DNA from: Savitreella phatthalungensis
Taxonomy: Eukaryota
Direction: 5' to 3'
DNA length: 64,000 bases
Assembly: GCA_051599415.1 (NCBI GenBank)
Contig: AP039694.1
Span: 248,001-312,000, forward strand
Below are positions 54,070 through 64,000 of the stretch, in pieces; the first letter of the stretch is position 1; the number at the start of each line of letters is the position of its first letter. Under the pieces are notes generated by a model. That model searched no databases. It was not told the DNA's origin and was given only the letters and a program-made list of their open reading frames with translations. The translations under genes and the position numbers were made by a program.

Positions 54070-54339
54070 AAACCACAACCATGCACCTATCTTTACTTTT
54101 CTCCAGACACGATCGCCAACACGCTCGCACATTCCATTTAGTTTACACGTCTGCGGCGGTCAAGCGAGCGAGCGTTAGCGAGCATTAGCCTTTCGTCGCC
54201 AGCGATACTTTTTTACGTTCTTCCTTATACATACATACTTAAAACGAATTCTGAACACCTACAGGGGACACGAAGTGTACGAGTAGATTCGGTATACGAT
54301 GCTGTGTAATATTTAACCTATATGGATAAACTCTCAACC

Positions 54340-55761
54340 TCAGACGACGTCGTCGCCGACGACCTTGACGTCTCCTGGCTGGACGACGGGTGGGACGTCG
54401 TCTGGGATCGAGGTATCTGTGAGCGCTGCTGCTGCAGCATGATGCTTGTTCTTCTGCTGCTGGGCAGCGTGCCTTAGGGCTGCTCGGATATCGGCGCCTG
54501 AGATCCGATCGTCTCCAGGGTCAGCGTCATAGTCGTACCGTGCGCCTGAGCCCTGCTCGAGCTTTGCCGACGACGACTCTTTGCCGTTGCGGTACTTTGA
54601 GTTCTTCACAAGCTGCTCCTGAGCGCGATCGGCCTGAGCGGCATCCCGCTCCCTCAGGGAAGGGTATTTCTCACTCTCGAAGAACTCAATCATCGACAGC
54701 CAGCCCTGGACCCAGTTCTTCGCGTACACTTGATCCTTCAGCTTGTCCATCCGCCAGAGTTTAAGGTGGACGAGTTTCTCGTCCTTGTCGCCCTTTGGCG
54801 ACTGTGCGTGGTACTGCGGTGCCAGGTGGTCGGCAGGGTATGCTGATTCTTCTCCAAACGCCCACTCCAGGTACGCGTTGTCCATCCGAGTCGAGTCGAA
54901 GAGTGCGGTCTGCTTCATGTCACGAAGTAATCGCTTGTGCATGTGCACGTTCGGCTCGATCACCATGATCGACGTCGCCATTGCTCCGTCAGACGTAAAG
55001 TCAGATGCAAAAGTGAAGTCACACAGCGAAACGTCGTCCTCCATGTCCTCGTGGCCCAGGCGTTCCTCCCTGCAGCGGGACGGCGTGACGGATTTGAAGA
55101 TGGCGTCGATGTTGCTCATCGGGAAGACGTCCGCGTCGAGGTAGGCTAGTCGTTTGAATCCGGTCTCCCGCCAAAGGTTCAGCTTCGTGAAGCCGTCGCG
55201 AAATCGGGCTGATGTCGGCTTTGATGGTTTGACGGAAAGCGGTTGGATCTCACGAACAAGTGCACCGGCGCCCATGAACATCTCCCTCTGAATCCGGGAG
55301 ATGTACGGCGGCACAAAGACGACGAAAGGGAATTGCTCTGATGCCGACGCCGGCGACCAAAGCAGTCTGTAGATCTGGTTCATTGTCGCCGCGAAGTATG
55401 GGTCTGACAAGGACGAGTTGCGGGACGTGAAGACAGTTGCAAACGCAGCGCCGTCGCCGGAATACAAATTGTGCGCTGGGAAGCTCTTGAACTGACGGAG
55501 GTCGCGCTGGGGATAGCTGACACGGAGAGCATCGTCTGTGGGTAGCCAGTCTGCTGCATCGTATGCTTCTCCGTCGTAATTCAGACGCTGCTTGACTTTT
55601 GTAGTCACGTACTCCCGTGCATCGTTCAAAGTCTTGCCGGACATCCAGTCCTCGACGGAAATGCCTTCGGGAAACTGCATAGAGAAGTACAGATACTCAT
55701 AGACGACGAACGGTGCAAGCAGTAGCAGCAGCAAACGCCGCGAGTTGTAGCGCAGACCCAT
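54340..55761 (-). CDS. Type II membrane GT8 glycosyltransferase
   Basis: N-terminal TM anchor; RFRDGFTKLNLW...LAYLDAD (DxD), VHLKLW. Confidence 0.85.
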   Translation of the reverse strand: MGLRYNSRRLLLLLLAPFVVYEYLYFSMQFPEGISVEDWMSGKTLNDAREYVTTKVKQRLNYDGEAYDAADWLPTDDALRVSYPQRDLRQFKSFPAHNLYSGDGAAFATVFTSRNSSLSDPYFAATMNQIYRLLWSPASASEQFPFVVFVPPYISRIQREMFMGAGALVREIQPLSVKPSKPTSARFRDGFTKLNLWRETGFKRLAYLDADVFPMSNIDAIFKSVTPSRCREERLGHEDMEDDVSLCDFTFASDFTSDGAMATSIMVIEPNVHMHKRLLRDMKQTALFDSTRMDNAYLEWAFGEESAYPADHLAPQYHAQSPKGDKDEKLVHLKLWRMDKLKDQVYAKNWVQGWLSMIEFFESEKYPSLRERDAAQADRAQEQLVKNSKYRNGKESSSAKLEQGSGARYDYDADPGDDRISGADIRAALRHAAQQQKNKHHAAAAALTDTSIPDDVPPVVQPGDVKVVGDDVV

Positions 55762-56986
55762 TGTCGAAGGTCGTCACTGAGTGACTGGGGCGATGATGAA
55801 GAAGAACCAAAGAGAGCGAAAGGTTGCTGGTTGTAAGCCTTTGCTAGGAATGAAGAGATGATGAGCAAGGAGCAGTACTCGGTCGTTCCAACCTTATGCA
55901 AATGCGACCGTCATAACAGGGAAGCAGCGATATACGGGCTGAAAGATTTCGAGTTACGGGATGCTGTTGACCTGATGATGATAACAACAATGATGATGAA
56001 GATAGCAAAGAAGATGAAACTCTTTGTCGACGTTAACGTTACTTGTCAAAGTCGTTTCCCACACGGGGTAACGTTCAGAGGATGAATTCGTGTGGGTTTG
56101 GATGTTCGTGTTAAAAACACGCGTGCAACTGATGTGTCTCCGTTGCCCCGCTTCCCCTTGGCCTTTGAATAGATGAATCCTTACTGCAGCCAGTAAGAGT
56201 AAAGAAAGAGTGAGTGGAGGTTGAATGACCCGTGGAAGTGTCAATTGATGGCTCACAGCTACAGTATTGAGCGAGTCAACCTCAGCTGGTACAAATCCCC
56301 GGTCAAAATCAATCTCAAATTCATCCGACCCGAGTCTGTTTCCTTCCAGAGCGCTAACCCTGGAAAGCTGTAAGTATGGCTCGGCCATGAACCCAAGACT
56401 TCCATAGGCTCGTCTAGAGTCGAGTGACCTTGTTCAGTACAGAATTCGCCTTCGAAGCTGTCTGCAAAGCCCTCATTCTGATTTGACCTGTTTGAGGTTG
56501 ACATCTTCTGACTGGTGCTCCGCCATGAGGTTTTCATAGCTGAAGAGAATGAAATCCTTTTTGAATGCGCTTAGCCTGATATGATAGCCTTGAAAGCTGA
56601 GGAAAGTGACGACTGACACGAACAATTTTCCTGGCTTTTTCAGCACCAAATTCAATACCTTAGCTGGGTCGTCCTCCATACAGTCGCCTTAAGAGGCTGT
56701 CTACGCTGCACGGCCAGGAGAATATCCCGGCAAAGCCTGCTCTCCCAGCTGGCGCGCGCTCGGACGAGATCCTGGCTTCTATTATTAGCTTACACAGCCT
56801 TGTTCGAGAGATTTGTTCAGCCTGATAGTTCTTTGACGCTTGATGCGATTCTCGCGAATCATGCACCGTTCAACCCTTGACATTATCGTAGGGTGTTGCT
56901 CGATGTCTTGCTCGATACTGTGAAATTTAGAACGCTTGATTGATACATGCACAGCTTATCACCTTGCCATTCAGCGAATGCTCACT

Positions 56987-57535
56987 TCAGCCAAGTTTGC
57001 GCTCAGCAGCAGCATCTGCAATGTAAGCAAATGATTCCTTCACGTTCTTGCCATCGACGGCGCTCACTTCGAATAGCCGCCACCGATGTGTCTTGATAGA
57101 CTGTAGGTCGAGCAATTCTGAGATCTCTTCTGAGCTAGCTCGGCCTGCAATATCAGTCTTATTGATGAGCACCAGCAGGTCAGCGCCCATAAGCCTCTCC
57201 TCAAGTAGCAAACCGTGCAGTTCCCGTCTACAATTGTCCAGTCTAAGCCGATCAGTCGAATCGACAACCCACACTAGGGCATCGGTGCTTTCAAAGTAGT
57301 TACGCCAGTAGCTTCTCAGACTTCGTTGACCTCCCACATCCCAAAGATCGATCCTGTAAATGCCAAACTGGATTGTCTTGATGTTGAATCCGAGAGTAGG
57401 ACTGACTTGTGAGATGTCCTCTCCAATCAATCGCTTGAGCACTGTGGTTTTGCCTGCATTGTCGAGCCCAAGAATCAGGATCCGGAGGGATGAGTCCTTG
57501 GCTTTCTGCTTCCGAATGATGGTAAGCAGACCCAT
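56987..57535 (-). CDS. ARL2: ARF-like GTPase Arl2 (Alp41/Cin4)
   Basis: MGLLTIIRK, GLDNAGKTT, WDVGGQ, YWRNYFESTD, EERL, NKTD. Confidence 0.93.
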   Translation of the reverse strand: MGLLTIIRKQKAKDSSLRILILGLDNAGKTTVLKRLIGEDISQVSPTLGFNIKTIQFGIYRIDLWDVGGQRSLRSYWRNYFESTDALVWVVDSTDRLRLDNCRRELHGLLLEERLMGADLLVLINKTDIAGRASSEEISELLDLQSIKTHRWRLFEVSAVDGKNVKESFAYIADAAAERKLG

Positions 57536-57895
57536 ATCACAGATGTTCAACTCAAAGGAAGCCCCAGAGCATCTTTGACATAGCCAATCACTTCAACTCC
57601 CAGGCTCGAACGCCCGTCTGGTGCCGTCACGTCTTGAAGTAATGCAATAAATGTGATCAAGACATATCCCTGAAGATCGGCATTTTGCTTGCATCCTGAA
57701 AGATTAAGCTCGATCAAGCGGGAAAACTAATTTCGATTCGTACCATCTCATCTGCACAAGCCAGGGAGAATTTCAAGGTGCAGGACGTCATCCAGACAAA
57801 TTTACCTCTAGCACTCCGGTCACCTTCCAATCCAATCGCCAGAACCGTGGGTCGTTGAAGAGGCATCAAGGACACCTTCATAAGCAAGTATCAAG

Positions 57896-58684
57896 ATGGC
57901 AACGACTACGCGTCCCAAAGAGCTCGGAGATGGCACTGTCAAACACCACAAGCCGTTTATCGTCTTCAGTGACTTCGACGGAACAATCACCTTGCAAGAC
58001 TCCAACGACTACATGACAGACAACGTCGGCTTCGGCAAGGAGCGCCGTGTCCATCTGAACCAGGAAGTCCTGCATGACCGAATGTCCTTCAGAGACTCAT
58101 TCGACGAGATGCTGGCCTCTGTCAAGCTGCCGTTCGATGAATGCAAGCAGCTCTTGCTCGACAATATCCGGCTCGATCCTGGATTCAAGACATTCTTCGA
58201 GTGGTGCAGATCAAAGGATATTCCCGTGGTAGTACTGTCGTCCGGCATGAAGCCAATCATCCGTGCACTTCTCACAAAGCTTGTCGGAGACGCTGCAAGT
58301 GAGATTGACATTGTCGCGAATGACGTTGATGTGGATGAGAAGACTGGCGAGTGGAAGATCCTGTTCCACGATGACTCGCATTTCGGCCACGACAAGTCTT
58401 TGGCCATCCGTCCGTACGCAGCGCTGCCTGAGGGCGAACGTCCGAAGATGGTATACTGCGGTGACGGCGTGAGCGACCTGTCTGCAGCCCGGGAGACTGA
58501 CTTGCTGTTTGCGAAGGAAGGCCGCGACCTCGTCACGTACTGCGTCAAGGAGGGTATGCCCTTCACAGAGTTTGACTCGTTCGCAGACATCCATCGCGCC
58601 TGTGAGCAGCTGCACTCGGGCCAAGTCACGCTTGAGAAACTCGCAGCTCAGTCAAAGACGGAGTACGAGCAGAAGCACGCATGA
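57896..58684 (+). CDS. HAD-superfamily phosphatase, MtnX/YNL010W(Pyp1)-like
   Basis: FSDFDGTIT, LSSG, FGHDKS, CGDGVSD. Confidence 0.87.
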   Translation: MATTTRPKELGDGTVKHHKPFIVFSDFDGTITLQDSNDYMTDNVGFGKERRVHLNQEVLHDRMSFRDSFDEMLASVKLPFDECKQLLLDNIRLDPGFKTFFEWCRSKDIPVVVLSSGMKPIIRALLTKLVGDAASEIDIVANDVDVDEKTGEWKILFHDDSHFGHDKSLAIRPYAALPEGERPKMVYCGDGVSDLSAARETDLLFAKEGRDLVTYCVKEGMPFTEFDSFADIHRACEQLHSGQVTLEKLAAQSKTEYEQKHA

Positions 58685-59693
58685 GTACTTCAGCTAGAGA
58701 CCGGAACAGCCGCCTTTCTTGATAGATCTATAGAGAATTGATAGCAAGGAATTATTGCATCACTAGGCAAACGGTGTACACCGAATGAATAGGCGGATTG
58801 AGCCGCCTTGAGCTGCCGGGAAACAAACTGAGCATTAGGCTCGTGGTTGTTTGGCGCATGTACATGTATAAGTTGTTGCTCTTCGGAGCGGAGAAAGGGT
58901 CGGCAGAATGAAGTAGCAGAAGAATAAGAAGCAGAGAGAGAAGAAGCTGAAGAAGAAGTAGTTGGCCGGAGGCGAAACTTTGGACCACAATCATGGAAGC
59001 ACACGTGTTCTGCTTCCCCGGAATCCAATTTTTTCGTCCGGGAAGCGTATTGACTGAGAATCCACTGCGAAAGATCGGAAGGGAAATATCAATGAAGGGA
59101 ACAAATCTGGGGTGGAGTCAGGTGGAAGTGGTATTGGCGCTGATCAAATATTCCGGTGTCTAATGGTGAGCGGAATTTCTCCAACTTCTAGTCAAGCCCT
59201 TTCCTTCAATTCTATAGTCGCCTCGTTCGTTTCTTCTATGTATCGTCCATCATGCATTTCTTGAACTGAATTCAAATTCAGTCTGCATTCATATGTGTAT
59301 CTTCCCCGGAAAGCTTCTGTGCCACACGATTCATCCATTCAGTAGCTGCTCACGCACAAACCTGATTTATGCTATTTATTTTTTGAATTTCCCTTTTTCC
59401 ATCTCCGCACCTGAGCCGGAAAAAGCTGGAGTGCTTCTGTCAGTCGTGTATCCAATCAACCATACGTTTCCTGCATCAACACCATCGGCAGCAGCACAGG
59501 CTCAGGATTGGAAGCCCCGAGGTCGCACAGACGCCTCGAGAATCCACCTACTCCACCAGTGTCCCCGGGGGAATACACACGTCCTCTCACGCACACGCAC
59601 TCGCGCTCCTTACTTTCTACATCATACGGGGCGTTCATCAGCATCAGACGTATCTACTTCACACATTCCTCTCTGAAAGGTAGTTGTCAGAAT

Positions 59694-61178
59694 ATGGCTA
59701 CCATCATTGCTCGAACGCCAAAGGCTCGCGCCCTGAACTTGCTCAAGCACGTCGGTGGCGGATCTTGCCCATGCCACGGTCACAACCCAACGCCGCATAT
59801 GTGTGCAACGCATGGCCGCAAGCACCTGGCTGCAAAGCAAGCCACTGGCGCCGGCGCCGGCATCAAGGCTGGCTATGCAACGGTCAAGGACGTCGAGACC
59901 GAGTATGCTTTTGAGATGGCTACTTCCAACATTCGCTACGGAGAGAATGTCACCCAGGAAGTCGGCATGGACTTTGCTAACATGGGATCCAAGAACGTTG
60001 TTGTCTTCACTGACGCGAATGTCAAGAACTTGCGTGCATTCAAGGTCGCCATTGCCTCGCTTGACAAGGCTGGCGTCAACTACCATGTCTATGACAAGAC
60101 TCGTGTAGAGCCAAAGGAATCAAAGCTCCACGATGCGATCAAGTTCTCTCGCGATTGCAAGGCTGATGCTTTCCTTGCCGTCGGTGGAGGCTCTGTCATG
60201 GACACCGCCAAGATCGCCAACCTTTACACCGTCTACGACAAGGCTGACTTCCTCGACTTTGTCAACGCCCCGCTTGGTAAGGGTCTGCCGATCGAGAAGC
60301 CACTGCACCCGTTGGTCGCAGTTCCGACTACTGCTGGTACAGGCTCCGAGACAACCGGATCTGCCATTTTCGACATGGAGAGCAAGCGCGCCAAGACCGG
60401 TATCGCTTCGCGCATGCTCAAGCCTACACTCGGTGTCGTGGACCCGCTCAACACGGCCACCATGCCGCTCGGTGTTGCTGTCTCATCTGGCTTGGACGTT
60501 TTCTGCCACGCGCTCGAGTCGTACACAGCCCTTCCCTACAACATGCGTACCCCGCGCCCATCAAACCCAAAGTTCAGACCTGCTTACCAGGGCAGCAACC
60601 CGATCTCGGACATGTGGTCGCTCAAGGCATTGGAGATGTGCGTCGAGTACATGCCCCGCCTCGTCCGGTCAAACATGCAGGATGCGGAGGCCCGGCGCGG
60701 TATGACGCTGGCGGCGACCTATGCAGGTATCGGTTTCGGCAACGCTGGTGTTCACTTGTGCCACGGCATGTCGTACGCCATCAGCGGCATGAACAAGGGC
60801 TACGTACACCACGACTACAACCAGGACACTCCGCTGATTCCTCACGGAACGTCCGTTGCGGTATCATCACCCATGGTCTTCCGCTTCACCGCAGCCTCCA
60901 ACCCGGAGCGTCATCTCCAGGCAGCTCGAATCCTCGGCGTCGACACGACCAACGTCAAGGCGGAGTCTGCAGGCGAGGTGCTCGAAGAAGCCATCAAGAA
61001 GTTCATCCTTTCGCTTGACAAGCAGCCACAAGGTATCGAGCAACTCGGCTACACAGAGTCAGACGTGCCTGAGCTGGTCGAGGGCACCCTACCACAAGCC
61101 CGCGTTCTCTCACTCGCCCCTGAGAAGATTGTGCGTGAGGACCTCGAGCACCTGTTCACTCAGTCGCTCCGCTGGTAA
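59694..61178 (+). CDS. Hydroxyacid-oxoacid transhydrogenase (ADHFE1/HOT; Fe-ADH family)
   Basis: EYAFEMATSNIRYG, VGGGSVMDTAK, PTTAGTGSETT, RPAYQGSNP, GVHLCHGMSY, PHG. Confidence 0.92.
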   Translation: MATIIARTPKARALNLLKHVGGGSCPCHGHNPTPHMCATHGRKHLAAKQATGAGAGIKAGYATVKDVETEYAFEMATSNIRYGENVTQEVGMDFANMGSKNVVVFTDANVKNLRAFKVAIASLDKAGVNYHVYDKTRVEPKESKLHDAIKFSRDCKADAFLAVGGGSVMDTAKIANLYTVYDKADFLDFVNAPLGKGLPIEKPLHPLVAVPTTAGTGSETTGSAIFDMESKRAKTGIASRMLKPTLGVVDPLNTATMPLGVAVSSGLDVFCHALESYTALPYNMRTPRPSNPKFRPAYQGSNPISDMWSLKALEMCVEYMPRLVRSNMQDAEARRGMTLAATYAGIGFGNAGVHLCHGMSYAISGMNKGYVHHDYNQDTPLIPHGTSVAVSSPMVFRFTAASNPERHLQAARILGVDTTNVKAESAGEVLEEAIKKFILSLDKQPQGIEQLGYTESDVPELVEGTLPQARVLSLAPEKIVREDLEHLFTQSLRW

Positions 61179-63247
61179 AGCGTGATCGCTGTCCGACACC
61201 CCCACGACTTTGGGAAAGCTTTGTCCCGGGCGTGTTACCTTCTGAAGAACTGCATGAACGGGGTTCAGGTGTGGTAAGTGGCATCGCCCCACTTGCCCGA
61301 TGCCGATATATCCACAACGTGGGTCAACACTGCGCCCCGCTTACACTTCACTACACATTCACAATCCGTATCTACACAAATGTTTAGGCTCCTTATATCT
61401 ACCAGCGCGTACAAAATCCATTCTGTTTCCAGTAATAGATATCTGTTCCCCACCTCTTACCCTGCCTTACCCCCACGCCTTCCACTAAGCGCGCAAACAT
61501 GGCGTCAGCGCGTCTATCGTTTGAGCATCAGGGTGAGGCGCAGCGCGGGAGTCAAGGGCAAGCGAGGTGCTCAAGCGCTCTGGAGGAACGCTTCCGGTAG
61601 TGTGAAGGTGGGGTGGTAGATTCGGTGAATGTGTGCGGGACGCGGGATGGCATGGAAGGTCGACCAGCTATGAGTTTCCGGACTTCCGCGGAAACCGTAT
61701 GCACACACATCTAAATTCAATGCCTGTGCATCCAATGTGGAATTTGCAAATACTCAAGCTCTTGAGTCTCCCGGAATTCGTGCAACTAATCTCACAAACA
61801 ATCCGGAATAGAATCAAGATCAAATACCATAATCGTCCACATCTCCACTTCCACGCACAATCCCACGCGATCTATCTATCTTCAGCTGGAGATATCGAAC
61901 GATCGTCATTCTGTATGCTTGATTCGATAAGACCAGGATACGTTCTATATCATCAGCGGTCATCGTCACCTGACTACACTCTCGCAACTCATCCATATGT
62001 GTAGTTAAGCTTGCACACGACACCCGTTGTTCGTGCGGTCTTCACTTTTTTTCCTTTTTCCTTGCATCCACTGCAATGCCGTGGTTTCCGCTATCCCCGT
62101 CACTGCCAGACCTCAAAGTTCTCTGATGGATAGCTGTGGCCTGGAAATCCCTTGAACGCGCGGGTCAGGCGGCATTCGCTAGCCAAGAGACCAAAGGCTG
62201 TCAGAAAAAGGTAAAATGCCGCTGCGGCTGCGACTCCCGCGCCGGAGTTCGCGTCCATGGGGACATAAGCAGAAGAGCCTAGAATTTACATATTCGATTC
62301 TTCAGTCATTTCATCAAGTCTGGACCCAGGCTGTTCAACTGCACTCAGATCTGACTACATGAAGAATAAAAGTTTGAATTGTGATTGTGATCCAATAGAA
62401 GTTTTTCAATTTAGCCGCAGCCCAGCTGGATCCAAGTGACCTTGTATCCGAGTGCGATCAAACGTCTTGGTGATCCAGTCCAGAGTGTTCTCGAGCTCGG
62501 CGAGGCTGATTTCGCTGATTTCTGACCTGCAGGAGGATTGACTTCAGGCCGATTGATTTACAGATGCAGTTGAAATGAGATGAAATCTCCATGCTAGGCT
62601 TAATCTGCAGGTTGAAGCCCCCACAAGTCAAAATCTTAAAGTCAAAAGGCAATGGGTAGTTCTGCTCCTGCTGCCACAAGCAACTGTTTGACAGAGCCAG
62701 GGTTCCACATAGAACTTACACTGACAATCCCACACAACCTCTTCAAATCATTTTCTTGCAGGCTTCAGCTTTACCCCGGACATCTAACTTCGATTGATGA
62801 ATTGGATGTCCTCATCTGTTCTAGTCCACAGAGACCCAGGATACTGGGCTCAAGAGTCTATTACACTTCAGCAACCCAACTAGGACGCGCCCCCAGATCC
62901 TTGCCCTAGATCCAGAAGCTTTTACTCCTTCAACTTCCTCCCTCGTCATCCTCGTCTCCAACACCTTCTCTATCTACTTTGTCCCCTGTACCCTCCTCTG
63001 CTGCGCTGTCCTCTGGCTGTAGTCTGCCATCATCAATGACAATCAGCCTTTCCTCTTTTCTAGATCCCAAACTCCGGGGTCCGTGTGCGTGTGTTTGTCA
63101 CAAGGGTTGAAAGTACATAAAGACCTATCTTGCCTCCTCCCCGTATTCTTTTCTCTAGACTCACTCTCGCCTTTCTTCCCTCTCTACACATTCATCTCTC
63201 TTACACCTGTTTCCTTTTCCTCTTGCCACAGCTTCTCCTGCAGACAG

Positions 63248-64000
63248 ATGTCGAAGCAGGACGTTTCTCACTACGAGAATCCATCAATCGATGGCTCGCT
63301 CGAAAAGGGTATCGCCCCGGACGCAGCCAACCTTGAGCTAGAGGGTCACGTGCCTTTCACCGCTGCAGAGGACAAGGCTTTGATTCGCAAGATCGACTTG
63401 AAGATTCTGCCATGGGTCTCCCTCCTCTACCTGCTCGCTTTCCTCGACCGTGCAAACGTCGGTAACGCAAAGCTCCAGGGTCTGCTCAAGTCCCTTCACA
63501 TGTCAAACACAGACTACAACGTCGGTCTTGCAGTCTTCTTCGTCTCATACGCCTTCTTCGAGGTACCCTCAAACATGCTCCTGAAGCGTCTCAAGCCCCA
63601 CGTCTGGCTCTGCATCATTACTGTTCTCTTCGGTGTCTGCGCAACCCTGATGGGCGTCACGTTCAATCGCGACTCATTTATCTCCTGCCGTTGGTTCCTC
63701 GGCGTGTTCGAGGCAGGTCTCTTCCCAGGTGTTCAGTTCTACCTCGCGTCCTGGTACAAGCGTAATGAGTTCGGTCTTCGCTCTGCAATCTTCTTCTCTG
63801 CAGCCACCGCAGCAGGCGCTTTCGGTGGTCTTCTCGCAGCCGGTATTGCCAAGATGAACGGCGTTGGCGGACTCGGCGGTTGGGCATGGATCTTCATCCT
63901 CGAAGGTCTTGTCACTGTCATCTTTGGTGTTCTTTCCTGGTGGATGATTCCCGACTTCCCGAGCGACGCTCGCTTCCTGTCAGAGCGCGAGCGCAAGCAG
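63248..64000 (+). CDS. MFS anion:cation symporter (Dal5/Tna1 family); truncated by window end
   Basis: Manual translation from ATG 63248: LIRKIDLKILP...LAFLDRANVGNAK...FEVPSN...EAGLFPG...GWAWIFILEG. Not in the ORF track because there is no stop in the window. Confidence 0.9.
   Translation, partial: MSKQDVSHYENPSIDGSLEKGIAPDAANLELEGHVPFTAAEDKALIRKIDLKILPWVSLLYLLAFLDRANVGNAKLQGLLKSLHMSNTDYNVGLAVFFVSYAFFEVPSNMLLKRLKPHVWLCIITVLFGVCATLMGVTFNRDSFISCRWFLGVFEAGLFPGVQFYLASWYKRNEFGLRSAIFFSAATAAGAFGGLLAAGIAKMNGVGGLGGWAWIFILEGLVTVIFGVLSWWMIPDFPSDARFLSERERKQ

Noticed and set aside
43485..55761. Secondary-metabolite cluster around the NRPS-like gene
   Set aside because: ATRR-type enzymes act alone in choline metabolism. 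There is no P450, TF or exporter nearby, and 3 kb separates it from the acyltransferase.
55954..56866. Same-frame minus-strand ORFs separated by TGA stops (pseudogene or recoding?)
   Set aside because: There is no recognisable protein similarity or splice signal; it is likely GT8 upstream DNA.

Overview
This is a gene-dense, intron-poor fungal nuclear chromosome segment. I support 31 protein-coding genes, with short (56-68 nt) GT-AG introns in a few. The gene set and compactness suggest an early-diverging ascomycete (Taphrinomycotina-like); that assignment is inference. Most genes are housekeeping: PFA5-like DHYC palmitoyltransferase, NTR1/TFIP11, ECM15-like, bromodomain protein, putative KASH protein, RMD1/Sif2, GYP2, SQR/hmt2, YME1, BEACH-WD40, eIF3d, class II DAHP synthase, FUM1, mitochondrial IF-3, ERG10, CAX4, YKE2, YJU2, UGO1, ARL2, a HAD phosphatase, HOT and a DAL5/TNA1-type MFS transporter. 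Accessory-looking genes are a secreted pepsin, a secreted DUF1254/DUF1214 protein, an A-T-R-SDR NRPS-like enzyme (ATRR glycine-betaine reductase type), a FEN1/XPG-like paralog, a minimal SET protein, and a convergent acyltransferase-3 + GT8 pair. The PFA5-like and MFS genes run off the window ends, so the ORF track misses them; it also misses the spliced ECM15-like gene. The most unexplained signal is a ~0.5 kb non-coding, highly self-complementary region at ~36.05-36.55 kb that looks like a structured RNA I cannot assign to a known family. I recognised no CRISPR arrays, tRNAs, rRNAs or transposons.
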